DNA of 64,000 nucleotides from Candidatus Multivoradales bacterium (GTDB lineage Bacteria; Acidobacteriota; Thermoanaerobaculia; Multivoradales; J023): NCBI GenBank assembly GCA_965248925.1, contig CBDFLE010000006.1, positions 2,592,001 to 2,656,000 of the forward strand, read 5' to 3'. Shown piece by piece: positions 18,450 to 28,032 of this stretch (position 1 is its first letter; each line of letters starts with the position of its first letter). The notes under the pieces were generated by a model. It saw only the letters and a program-made list of their open reading frames with translations, ran no database searches and was not told where the DNA came from. The position numbers and the translations under genes were made by a program.

Positions 18450-20370
18450 CTGTTGGACCCCCCACTGGGCGGGCTCAGTCTGACCGAGCGGAGTCCTCGC
18501 TGTGCACTCTTGAGATCCTGGCTATGGATTGGAATAGGGCCGTTTACAAAAGCACTTCGCGTCCGTGGATCAGCCCAGGCAAGCGAGTCGGCTACCGTTC
18601 CGTAGCGCTCACTGACCTCCGGAACAACACCTTGTCTACGGTTCAGACTAAAAGTCGTCAGGTCTCCTCTCGGGTACGGACTCAAAGCAAACTGATGTGC
18701 GAAGACTTCATGGTTGATGGCATTGGCAACTGCTTGAGCTGACTGTTTCTTGGTCAGCCCAAAGCCAGAAATAAACTGCCCAGCCTTAACGAGCGTACTG
18801 CTCGCGTTGCCAGAATCCCCGTTGACAAGGATCTTGCCGACTCCCTTGTTGAACAGTGCCACGTTTGTTTCGTTGAGTTCCGCTGAATCAAAGACATAAA
18901 CATCGCCGACGTCAAGCCCCTCCCAGAATTCACGTACGTTCTCAATGATCTCTTGCTTAAATTCATCACTCAGATTCAAATCTGCATCAAAGACAATCTG
19001 TATCGAAACATCCTTGCCGGACGGATCCGAGAATGCCATGGGATTGTTGAGAGCATAGTTATATCGGTTCCAAGTCTGGGGCTTGGTCATTGCTCGGCGG
19101 AGCTGAAGCACCGGATCTATACTCAAGAACCGCCCCACCACCGGACTACAGTGCCGAGCATGCATGTAGTCCAGCTCGCTCTTCGCCCCCGCCCCGTTCT
19201 GATCCCGCTCATGCCCAGTAAACTTCAGCTGAAACTCATCCGAGCTAGAGGTGGTCGCTTCCTGCCCAAACGGATAGTAGCTGTGCAGCGCCACCTGGCT
19301 GCCGCTCTTCGTCACTTGTCGCGGCGTGCCGAGATGATCCAGATGAAAGCTGTAAATCCCCTCCACTCCGTTGGTATCAGGATCAACCGAGGCCAATAGC
19401 AGCCCACCCCGATAGACGTAGTCCCGTTTCCACTCGAAGCTCTCCCCACGTGGATGACTGAAGACCCGCAGCACCTCGTTGCGCATCCCGCGCAGGGTCC
19501 AAGTCTCGCTGGCCGGGCTGCTTACGCAGCTGCTGCCGGCGGCGCTGAAGCAGCTGAAGGTGACGATGCGCTCGTCGTCCGCGTTGTAGATGTACACGCT
19601 CGCCTGGTCAGTGTTGGATTGCAGGTGCTTCATCATGTTGGCGGCGTCGTAGGTGTACTCATAGATCTCCGAGCTACTGTAACGCACGCGGGTCAGGTTG
19701 CCGCCAGCGTCATAGGTGGTGCCGCTGAGACCGAGGCGGTTGGTGGAAGAGTTCGGGCTCATGGTCTGGCTGGCGCCGTGGGTGATCATCTGGGTGATGT
19801 TGCCGAAATTGTCATAGCTCGCGGTCTGTAGGCGGTCGTTGCTGCCGACTTTTACCTCGCCGCTGACCAGGCGCTGGAATCGGTCGTAGCGATATTGCAA
19901 GGAGCCGATGCGGTGGATATTTCCGGCTCCGTCGTAGTCGAAGGTGCCGGTGTCCCAGCCGGCGTTGGTAGAGATGCGCTCGGGCCGGGCGAGGCCGGAG
20001 GGATCGACCTGGTAGGTTTCGGTGATGCCGCTCTGGTGGCTGATCTGGGTCAGCATGCCGCCGCTCTGGTAGCTGAGGCTGGAGGCGAAGCCGGGGACCG
20101 CGGTGAGGAAGCCCTTGTCGTAGGCGTAACTCACCTGCCGCGGCGGGCTGACCTGGTCGCAGCTGTCGTTGCTGTGCAGGCAGTCAGGATAGTCGAGAGT
20201 CGCGAGGTTGCCTTGCAGATCGAAGGTGAAGCCGGCCTGGAAGGCGTAGTGGCCGACGCCGAGCTGGTAGCGGGTCTGGCGCTCGGACATCCGCCCACCG
20301 CGGCCAGCGTAGACGAAGCTCTCGGAGATCCGGACATCGAGAAAGCCAGGATTGGCGACGGAAGCGGTTG
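18431..20370 (-). pseudogene. N-terminally truncated Rhs/YD-repeat protein with core-associated domain and C-terminal toxin
   Basis: YDxxGN repeats, HLDHLGTPR, YYPFG, FTGHERD, LDYMHAR, GRFLSIDP and YALNNPMAFSDPSG, then a low-GC C-terminal domain with HEVFAH. The frame stays Rhs-like only up to about 20370. Confidence 0.85.
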
Positions 20371-20622
20371 GACGCGGACAAGAAAGAGGCGTCCGAGGCT
20401 TGGATAGCCGAGATTTCGGAGCGCTGGCGCAACGGCGAGAGTGTCAGCGAGCTTCAGGAGCTTCTTGGCTATCGCGATCCGAGAAGTGTCTACGGAAGAA
20501 TTCGCCGGCTCCGAATCAAGTACGGAATAGAAAAGTTTCCTCGGCGACGCAGCGGGGCGCGGCCAGCAAAGGCTGCCCAGAGACTGTCTCTGGGCAGCCA
20601 CGGGCCTGATTACAGCCCCTAG
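20368..20622 (+). CDS. Small HTH-like protein or fragment
   Basis: WRNGESVSELQELLGYRDPRSVYGRIRRLR is HTH-like. Abuts the truncated Rhs head-to-head. Confidence 0.4.
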   Translation: MDADKKEASEAWIAEISERWRNGESVSELQELLGYRDPRSVYGRIRRLRIKYGIEKFPRRRSGARPAKAAQRLSLGSHGPDYSP

Positions 20623-21932
20623 CGGGACTCGAAGAACACGTCGAGCCAGATACCGCACTTGCCCGGCAGCTCGAGACACGACGCATCCGACTCAGCCGGG
20701 AAGGTGTTCCCGCAGCGGTCGGCCTTGTCGGTCTCGCGAACGTTGCTCAGCGCCTCGATTCGAAGCTCGCTGAAAGGCACCAGCTCCTTGAGTTCGATTC
20801 GGCCATCAGCATCGCGGTCAGCCCAGACCTGAAGCGTCGCACCACAGTTCTGGAACTTGACCTCCGACAGGCCGTCGATCGGCATCCCGCAGTGAGCGGC
20901 CAGTGCTTCGAAGCCGTGCGCGTAGGGGAATTCCCCGAGCGGCCCCTGGGTGACGTTCCCGAAGAGGTGACGCCACGGCTCCACCTCGACTTCCTTTCCA
21001 GATTGGATCGCCCTATAGTCCCCTGGGCTCAGCTTCGTCACGAAAACGATCTTCGTTCCTGGCTCAGTCCAAGCGGTACAGGTCGTTTGACCGTCACCTT
21101 TCCAGTCCAGGCAGACGGTGGGCGTCTCGCTCGAACAGAATCCCCGCTTCCACCAATCCTGCGCAGCTCCAGTTGGCGTGTAGTAGTCGGGCAGGTAGAG
21201 CACGAGAGGTGAGTTCGTGAGAAGGCACTGGCAGTTTCTACACTCCCAGGTTGCGAATGGTGGCGAGAGCCCGCAGTGGACAGCAGAGAAACACTGGCAC
21301 TGCGGCGGCTCTTGGCCCCCACCACCGTTCTCACTCACAGTCTTGTTGATCTCCCTCGCCCGCTTACACTCAGCCGACTTGACCGCCCTCGGACTGTATA
21401 CACCATTGTCGTACTGACGGTTCTGCATCGCATAGCCTGTGCGGTTGGCAGAGGGGTGCCCGAGTCCTATTGTGTGCCCTAGTTCGTGAGCGACCGTGTC
21501 GGCGAAGGTTGAGTCTATACAGCTAACAACCCTCCCAGGCACCCCAGGCGTCGCAGGGATCTCCGACTTACTGTACAGGAATATCTTGCGCCGACTAGGG
21601 CTGTAAAAGGCGCAGGAGTTTTGGTTCATCGGATTAAAGCCAGGATGCAACGTGACAGTAACGTCCCTGAAGCTAGTTCCAGGGGGCGGCGGAACGAGGT
21701 CAAAGATCGGAAACGACGTGCCGCCTATGTTGCAGCCACCGTTATTCCAGCTGGCCATTCCATCTAGGAACCGGTCCAGCAGACCGCCATGAATTCCTTG
21801 CGGGACAAGCCGGGTGACATCGGGTATGTTGTTACCCGGATGGCCCGAAAGGTTTGTTACGCAGGCAGCCTCCACCGGGCCGACGATCCAGAGAAGTGAG
21901 AGGAGGGTCGGCAACATTGTTTTGAAAAGCAT
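20619..21932 (-). CDS. Secreted matrixin-like metzincin protease fused to a Cys-rich FrpC-SPM-like C-terminal domain (copy 1, intact)
   Basis: Signal peptide ending VEAA-C, HELGHTIGLGH plus Met-turn (GYAM), GGGGQEPP linker, then NSPLVLYL...LFGNVT...AHGFEALA...VWADRDADGRIELKEL...DVFFESR. Confidence 0.8.
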   Translation of the reverse strand: MLFKTMLPTLLSLLWIVGPVEAACVTNLSGHPGNNIPDVTRLVPQGIHGGLLDRFLDGMASWNNGGCNIGGTSFPIFDLVPPPPGTSFRDVTVTLHPGFNPMNQNSCAFYSPSRRKIFLYSKSEIPATPGVPGRVVSCIDSTFADTVAHELGHTIGLGHPSANRTGYAMQNRQYDNGVYSPRAVKSAECKRAREINKTVSENGGGGQEPPQCQCFSAVHCGLSPPFATWECRNCQCLLTNSPLVLYLPDYYTPTGAAQDWWKRGFCSSETPTVCLDWKGDGQTTCTAWTEPGTKIVFVTKLSPGDYRAIQSGKEVEVEPWRHLFGNVTQGPLGEFPYAHGFEALAAHCGMPIDGLSEVKFQNCGATLQVWADRDADGRIELKELVPFSELRIEALSNVRETDKADRCGNTFPAESDASCLELPGKCGIWLDVFFESR

Positions 21933-21933
21933 T

Positions 21934-23439
21934 TCAGCGCTCCTCGGCTTTGGTTGCGCTGAGTGCCAAGTCGAGGAGCGCCGCCCTGTCCCTGACACGT
22001 CCTTCCTTCTTTGCTTCGGGGTATTCTGCGTACTGACTCGTTCTCCGAATATGGTCGCTGGTAGAGATGATCACAAGGCTGTGGGCGGTCTCTAGGCGAA
22101 TGAACGGGTCGTCCGGGCTCCACTCGTACTGGTCGGGAACCATAACCAGCACTTCCTCGCCGGGGGCGGGGGGACTCGGGTAGCGGCTGTCGCTCTTGCA
22201 GAACTTGTATGGCCCTGCTTCGAACTCGCCTACCGGAATGAAGAAGTAGTACGAGTCGAGCGTCAAAGGGCCGCCCTTGAAAGTCCTCGTTGGCCTGAAG
22301 CGCACCAACTGGCCTGGTTGATCCTTGAAGAATCCGAAGGCACTCCTCTCAACTTCGCCCAGTATCACCGCAGTCGAGCCCTTTGCGGCTCCGGAGATAC
22401 TCACCCGGTCTGGGCGTTCGTGCTGGTCGTCAACGAGCCCGCCAGTTACGAGGCAGCCGCTGTCATCGTAAAGCTGGTGATCTCCGAGTTGTTCTCGTAG
22501 AAACTCGCGAGCCCAGGGCGCGAGCGCTCCGTCCAAGAATTCGCCGTTGGCGTCGAAGACTTGGTCGGCGCGCTGCCAGATCCAGCGGTGCGGAAGCGGC
22601 TTCGCCATTTCCAGACGGACCGGGTGGGGCTCACTGCTCTTGGCTTCCCTCCGACCTTCAGTTGGAGTTAGAGCGCTCACGGCCTGGCTGATGGCCGTGA
22701 CCAATGTAGTGCGATTCGGAATATGTGCCCAATACTCCTTGGCTCGGGCGTGGAGAGGCGTATTGGCCGGAGGGTCGTCCTCTCGAACGAGGGCCAGGCT
22801 CTGGCCGTCTCGCAGGCTAATGAATGGGTCGTCCGGTGAACGAAGCCGACTCTTGCGCGGCATGACCAGCAGCTCGTCGCCGACCTTGTACGGCGCCTCG
22901 TGGTTCCGGAAGGTCACGGACTCCTTTTTGCAAATCTCGATGGAGCCTGCCCTGAAGCTCCCCACAGGAACGAACACGTAGTATTTTGTGAGCCTTACGT
23001 CCCCTTGGAAGACCTGCTCAGGTGCAATCTGGATCAGCTGGCCGGGCTCTCTGAACCCGAATCCGTAGGCCACGCCTGTCACTCGGCCCAAGAAAACCAT
23101 CTCGGCCGACTCGACGGCCTCGGCAATAGTCGCCCGATCGGCCGGCAGGTCCCACGAACCGCTCTGGACCATCTCTACGCAGCCCTCGCCCTTCGCGGCC
23201 GGGCTCTCAGCTACGGTTTGATCGTAGTAGGCCCGTATGGCGGGGTGGATCAACTCAGAATCGAAGCGGCCCTCGCCGTTAACGGCCCGGTTAGCCGCAA
23301 CCCAGACCGGCCAGCTCGAGCCAGGCCCCTGGCTGTAAAGGACCTCCGGCATCCCGTCAGCAACAATCGGGGCCGCCATCAAGACGCCGCACAGGGCAAG
23401 CCCCGCCGTCAATCCGGTCAAAAGACAAAAAGTTCGCAT
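21934..23439 (-). CDS. Secreted protein with two tandem copies of an unknown (possibly TIMP/NTR-like) domain
   Basis: Signal peptide. Internal duplication: DRATIAEAVESAEMVFLGRV..GF..PGQL..YYVFVPVGSFRAG..ICK..GDELLVMP..SPDDPFISL versus DRVSISGAAKGSTAVILGEV..GF..PGQL..YYFFIPVGEFEAG..FCK..GEEVLVMV..SPDDPFIRL. Confidence 0.75.
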   Translation of the reverse strand: MRTFCLLTGLTAGLALCGVLMAAPIVADGMPEVLYSQGPGSSWPVWVAANRAVNGEGRFDSELIHPAIRAYYDQTVAESPAAKGEGCVEMVQSGSWDLPADRATIAEAVESAEMVFLGRVTGVAYGFGFREPGQLIQIAPEQVFQGDVRLTKYYVFVPVGSFRAGSIEICKKESVTFRNHEAPYKVGDELLVMPRKSRLRSPDDPFISLRDGQSLALVREDDPPANTPLHARAKEYWAHIPNRTTLVTAISQAVSALTPTEGRREAKSSEPHPVRLEMAKPLPHRWIWQRADQVFDANGEFLDGALAPWAREFLREQLGDHQLYDDSGCLVTGGLVDDQHERPDRVSISGAAKGSTAVILGEVERSAFGFFKDQPGQLVRFRPTRTFKGGPLTLDSYYFFIPVGEFEAGPYKFCKSDSRYPSPPAPGEEVLVMVPDQYEWSPDDPFIRLETAHSLVIISTSDHIRRTSQYAEYPEAKKEGRVRDRAALLDLALSATKAEER

Positions 23440-23567
23440 TAGGCGTTTACTCCGCGCTTTTTGCGATAACTCGCAGGCGCGCGAATTCCTAGACCCGGGC
23501 GCCAGTCGCGCCCGGAAAATTTGGCCCTACGGAGGACGCGAATTGGGCCTTCTCCCTCGCCGGCAGG

Positions 23568-23906
23568 TTAACGCTTCGTGAACGATTTGTCTACGATTGC
23601 CTTCACCGGGTGGGCGTCAAATGGCTGTGCAGGCTCGTAAGTGTTATCTGCGTTAGCAAGATCCCGTGGCCCGGCAAGCCTCTGGGTCGCGGTTTCGATC
23701 GCCGCCAGAAAAGGCTTGATGAAACTGCTCAGATCAGCATTCTGCACCTTGGCGTGGTACATCTTCGAGAGCACGCCGTGATGCAGCGCCCGCAGGCTGC
23801 TCTGTATAGCTTCGGGGAAGCTGTCGAATTCGTCCGACTCGAGTTTCTCCGCGACCTCTTCCATGAACTTGATCATGTAGAAATTGGTGTCCAGTGGGTC
23901 ACTCAT
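23568..23906 (-). CDS. Hypothetical protein
   Basis: ATG after GAGGA. 112 aa, helical, coding-like. Confidence 0.5.
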   Translation of the reverse strand: MSDPLDTNFYMIKFMEEVAEKLESDEFDSFPEAIQSSLRALHHGVLSKMYHAKVQNADLSSFIKPFLAAIETATQRLAGPRDLANADNTYEPAQPFDAHPVKAIVDKSFTKR

Positions 23907-24089
23907 AGCATGTCCTCGCTCTTCGGTACTCACGCACCAGGGTGGTCGGCGAGCGCGGCGGCGGATGGGTTGTAGGCACCGGCGGTCATGGGTCCTCCTC
24001 CCGGTTGCCGATCCAGAAGTGTCTGGCACCTCTCTGGTGAAACAGCTGGCACTACGCAAGGCAGGGCTGCAAGGCAAGGCTACGACCTC

Positions 24090-24551
24090 TCACCGTCGAG
24101 GACTTCGCGCCTCCGAACGGCGCTCTGCAACAGCCTTGGCCATCTCGAAGTTCTTCCACCACACCTCGACCATCTCCGCGGGCATGACTTCAGCGCGCAA
24201 TTTGACCAAGATCTCATCTACACCCCGACGCACCTCCAGCTTCAAGGTCTGCCGCGGTCGGACCTTGGCGAGATATTCGAGCACTGCCAAGTCACTGGTG
24301 AACTCCAAGGCCTGGCCGTCAATCGCGGTGACCACGTCGCCCGCTTCGAGCCCAACCTTGCTCGCCGGTCCTTGGGGTGCGATGCCGCGGATGAGCAGCC
24401 AGCCAGGCTGCTCGGCCTCCTTGTGGTACTCGTAGCCCAAACCCAACCAGCCCGGCGTATCAGGTCGAGCATCTTCGCCGGCTCTCGCCACTGACGACAT
24501 CGACAAGATCAAGAGAGTGATAACGGTGAGGGTGGGTTGCAGAATCCTCAT
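24090..24551 (-). CDS. Secreted PDZ-domain protein
   Basis: Signal peptide, GWLGLGY and GPASKVGLEAGDVVTAIDG. Confidence 0.8.
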   Translation of the reverse strand: MRILQPTLTVITLLILSMSSVARAGEDARPDTPGWLGLGYEYHKEAEQPGWLLIRGIAPQGPASKVGLEAGDVVTAIDGQALEFTSDLAVLEYLAKVRPRQTLKLEVRRGVDEILVKLRAEVMPAEMVEVWWKNFEMAKAVAERRSEARSPRR

Positions 24552-24585
24552 GCGAAACCTCCAGACTGTTTCTTGGGTAGCAATT

Positions 24586-26824
24586 TCACCTTCCATCGCG
24601 GTAGTCAAGGACCAGCTGGCCGCCAGGAGATAAGTAACCGCTGGCGCATTTCGAATCGCTTCTTGATGTCGAGCAGATGGCGTATTCGCCAGCCTCGATC
24701 TCAACGCTGAGCAAGCCCCGCTGTGCATCAAAGCCCCGTAAGTCGGCGCCCGAGGGGTAAAAGAGAGTCGACAAGGGCACCACCACTTCGCCATGGCGCA
24801 GAAACTGCTGCCCTTCGAGGCCGAGGATGAGTTCACCACTCGGGCCGATGTGGAGATCAAGCGCTGACGAACCGCTTTGAGACAAGGAGACTCTCTGGAT
24901 CTTCGCTGGCAGTCCCGGTGCGACCACCACCAAGTCCAGCTCCCGGACGGCTCTTGACAAATGGATCTCGAATCGACCCGAGGGTTCCGTGGTCAAGGAA
25001 GCCCGCTCAGGAGTCCCCACGGCGAAGTACTTCACCCGAGCACTCGCAACCGGCCGGCCGGCACTCCTCACCCGACCAGGCACCGTTCTCCGCGTCTCGA
25101 CACGGAGTTCCACCGACTCCGGATCTATGTCACCGATCTCCACATTTCGCACTTGGCTGAAGCGATCTCCTAGCGCTTCGGCGACAACGGTATGTTCCCC
25201 TGGCTCAAGCCCCTGGGCCTCGAATCGCCCTTCTGCGTCACCCCGGACCTGCATCACGATCCGCATTCCCCGATGGACTGTCACCAGCGATGGCGAGACC
25301 GGCTTCCCTGATCGGTCCACCACTGTACCGGCGAGGACACCGCCTGGTAGGTCGATTTCGAGCCTCCCCTCACGGGAGCCTTCGAAATGCTCTACCTCGA
25401 CCGCTCCGTATAGATGCCGGCCACCAACTCCTGGGGATTCCGTGGGTAGCTCCAGATACCAGCGACCAGCATGGGGAAAAATCTCTCTAAAGGTCCCATC
25501 CTCCCGCGTCGTCACGCGAACAACTCTGGCGCCTCCGTCGGTAAGCTCCATTTGCGCTTGCAGCGGCTCGCCACCCCTGGTCAGCCGGCCGGTGACCGCG
25601 AGGATCGGCAAGTCGAGGCTGATCCGCTCGGTGGACGAGACCAGCTCGACCTCCCGCCGCTCAAAGGTCGAGCCCTCAGCGTCGAGGATCGAAACCACGT
25701 AGACCCCGGTATCCAGCTCCGTGGCTAACCAGGAGCCATTCTCATTGCAAGCTCCTTCTATACCTCTTCCCTAGTAGATTGGACAGCGGCAAGCGTTTCT
25801 CCAATCTTGCGCGCCAGAAGTCTCCGCCAAGCCCCAAAGGGGGCTGGACACTGACCTCTAACCACACTAGCGGTCGCAACTCCAGGGTCTCTTCGAGCAC
25901 GCGGCTAATTCCGCCTTCGATGCGAATTCCATCGCGCCTCGCGGGCGAGAATCCGGTCGTACTAGCGACGAGCGAATAAATTCCGGCTGCAACCCCTTGA
26001 AAATTGAAGAACCCGCGATCATCTGCTTCGGTTCGCAGAGCTTGCCAGGCCAGCCGCTCTTCAGCCAACCTCTAAAGGGACAAGCTCTCCGGCACCAGCT
26101 CGACGACGAGTGTTTGGCCTGTTTCGCATTGCCCGAGGGTTGCGGCCCAACCCGAGAGCTTTCCGCTCCGCTCGAAGCGCTGCACTCCAATATTCAGGCA
26201 TTGACTCGGAGCGACATTCACGCCCCAAACAAACTCTGCGGCCAAATCGCCAACTTGGAGCTTTAAATCCAGCTCGCCGGCCGGCAGGCGACACGACCAC
26301 TGAGTATCCCGAATCGGGCAGGAGAAGCTAGCATCCTTCGGTATCACTCGCTGAGGATCCTCGCCACTGACCGACCGGGCGAGGACCGACACGGTCGTCG
26401 GAACCGGGACTCCCTGTGGCAGCTTCAGCTCGCCCTCGACCGTGCCAGTCGGCCACAACTGTAAAGTTGCCGCCATCGGCTCGGGGCCTGCCGGAAGGCT
26501 AACCCGCGGCGCCCAGCAGCCATCACTGACCAGTTCGAGCAGAGTTGCCCGATGGTGATCGAGTTCGATCTTCGCTTTGTTCGTCAGACTGACCGGCCAA
26601 GAGCTGACGGGTGGTTTCGAGCTATCAGTGGAAAACTCGCGCAAGACCGCGGGACTTTGGCAGGCAACGGCATCGCCAAGTTCGACAAGGGAAAAAGACA
26701 CCTCGACGGTGCGCGCGGCGAAGGCAACAGCGGCCCACAGGAGCATCGCAATGGCAAGTATAGGCACTTGCCCCATGGCCCGGCTCAACAGCGTTGCGGG
26801 AGGGTCACACCTAATAGCAAACAT
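24586..26824 (-). pseudogene. Secreted carboxypeptidase-regulatory-like (Cna-B-type) repeat protein, disrupted
   Basis: Three consecutive ORF pieces: an in-frame TAG at 26072-26074 and a frameshift near 25770. Repeats such as LAGTVVDRSGKPV and DAEGRFEAQGLEPGEHTV. Confidence 0.75.
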
Positions 26825-26853
26825 AGCCGGCTCCGTCGATTGCCGGATGCCGG

Positions 26854-28017
26854 TTAGCTCCCCTCGCCGGCATCCACCCCAAAGCCGCCGTCGGCACGGG
26901 TCGGCTTGGCGGCCATCGCCGAGGCTCGCTCGGTGCTGGCCGCCGCTTCGCGTTCGGCCGCGGCTCGATCCCATGAGACGGCGGGCTCGACCCAGCCGAC
27001 GAGGTTGCCCGCGACCAAGTCGGCGATCAGCTGGGCGTGGTCTTGGCGGTCGTTCAAGCAGGGAATGTAGCGAAATTCCTGGCCTCCCGCCGCCATGAAG
27101 TAGCCGCGGTTCTCGACCTCGATCTCTTCTAGTGTCTCCAAGCAATCGATGCTGAAACCTGGGCAGATCACGTCGACACGGCTAACGCCCGAGCCGGCCA
27201 GCGCTTTTAGGGTGGCCGAGGTGTAGGGCTTGATCCACTCTTCGCGGCCGAAGAGGGACTGAAACGACACCGTCCATCGATCCGCCCCGAGTCCGAGTTC
27301 TTCGGCCACCAAGCGAGCGGTCTTGTGGCATAGGCAGTGGTAAGGATCACCCGCTTCGAAATAGCGCTGCGGCACTCCGTGAAAGGAAAACAGCAGCTTC
27401 TCGGGCTCCCCTGCGCTCTGCCACAGGCGGCGAACACTGGTCGCCAAGGCGGCAATATGCGCCGGTTCGTCGTGGTACTCCTGCACCGTGCGCAACTCGG
27501 GCACCCGGCGCCAGGTCATCAGTTCCTTCATCACGGCGTCGAAGGCGGCACCGGTACTGGTGGAGGAATAGTGCGAGAACAGCGGCAGGATCAGCAGCCG
27601 CCGGCAGCCCTTGCGCTGCAACTCCGCCAGGACTGCCGGCACGGAAGGCTCGCCGTAGGTCATCGCCAAGGCTACATGCAATGGCGTTCCTACCCGCTCA
27701 CTGAGCAGCTCTCCCACCCGCTGGCTGAGCCGCTGAGAAAGGAGTAGCAGCGGTGAGCCGGCGTCGGTCCACACCGATTTGTAGGCCGCCGCCGACTTCC
27801 GCGGCCTGAAGGTCAGCACCAGCAGGTGCAGAATCAACCACCAGCGCGGGCGCGACATCTCGATCACCCGCGGATCCCAGAGGAACTGCTTCAGGTACCG
27901 CCGCACCGCTTTAGCGGTCGGCGCGGCCGGCGTACCCAGGTTGACCAACAGAACACCGACGGCGGCTACTTCGCCATGGTGAAAGTCTGGCTCTGCTTTG
28001 AACAGGTTCTTGGGCAA
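26854..28017 (-). CDS. hemH: Ferrochelatase
   Basis: GVLLVNLGTP, SPLL, LAMTYGEP, LLFSFHGVP, GDPY, SFQS and DCLETLEEI. Confidence 0.95.
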   Translation of the reverse strand: MPKNLFKAEPDFHHGEVAAVGVLLVNLGTPAAPTAKAVRRYLKQFLWDPRVIEMSRPRWWLILHLLVLTFRPRKSAAAYKSVWTDAGSPLLLLSQRLSQRVGELLSERVGTPLHVALAMTYGEPSVPAVLAELQRKGCRRLLILPLFSHYSSTSTGAAFDAVMKELMTWRRVPELRTVQEYHDEPAHIAALATSVRRLWQSAGEPEKLLFSFHGVPQRYFEAGDPYHCLCHKTARLVAEELGLGADRWTVSFQSLFGREEWIKPYTSATLKALAGSGVSRVDVICPGFSIDCLETLEEIEVENRGYFMAAGGQEFRYIPCLNDRQDHAQLIADLVAGNLVGWVEPAVSWDRAAAEREAAASTERASAMAAKPTRADGGFGVDAGEGS

Positions 28018-28032
28018 CTTCTAACCTCGGCA

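Noticed and set aside
12144-26850. tRNA-Asn-anchored integrative island
   Set aside because: The accessory DNA lies on the 5' side of the tRNA, no duplicated tRNA 3' end was found, and there is no integrase.
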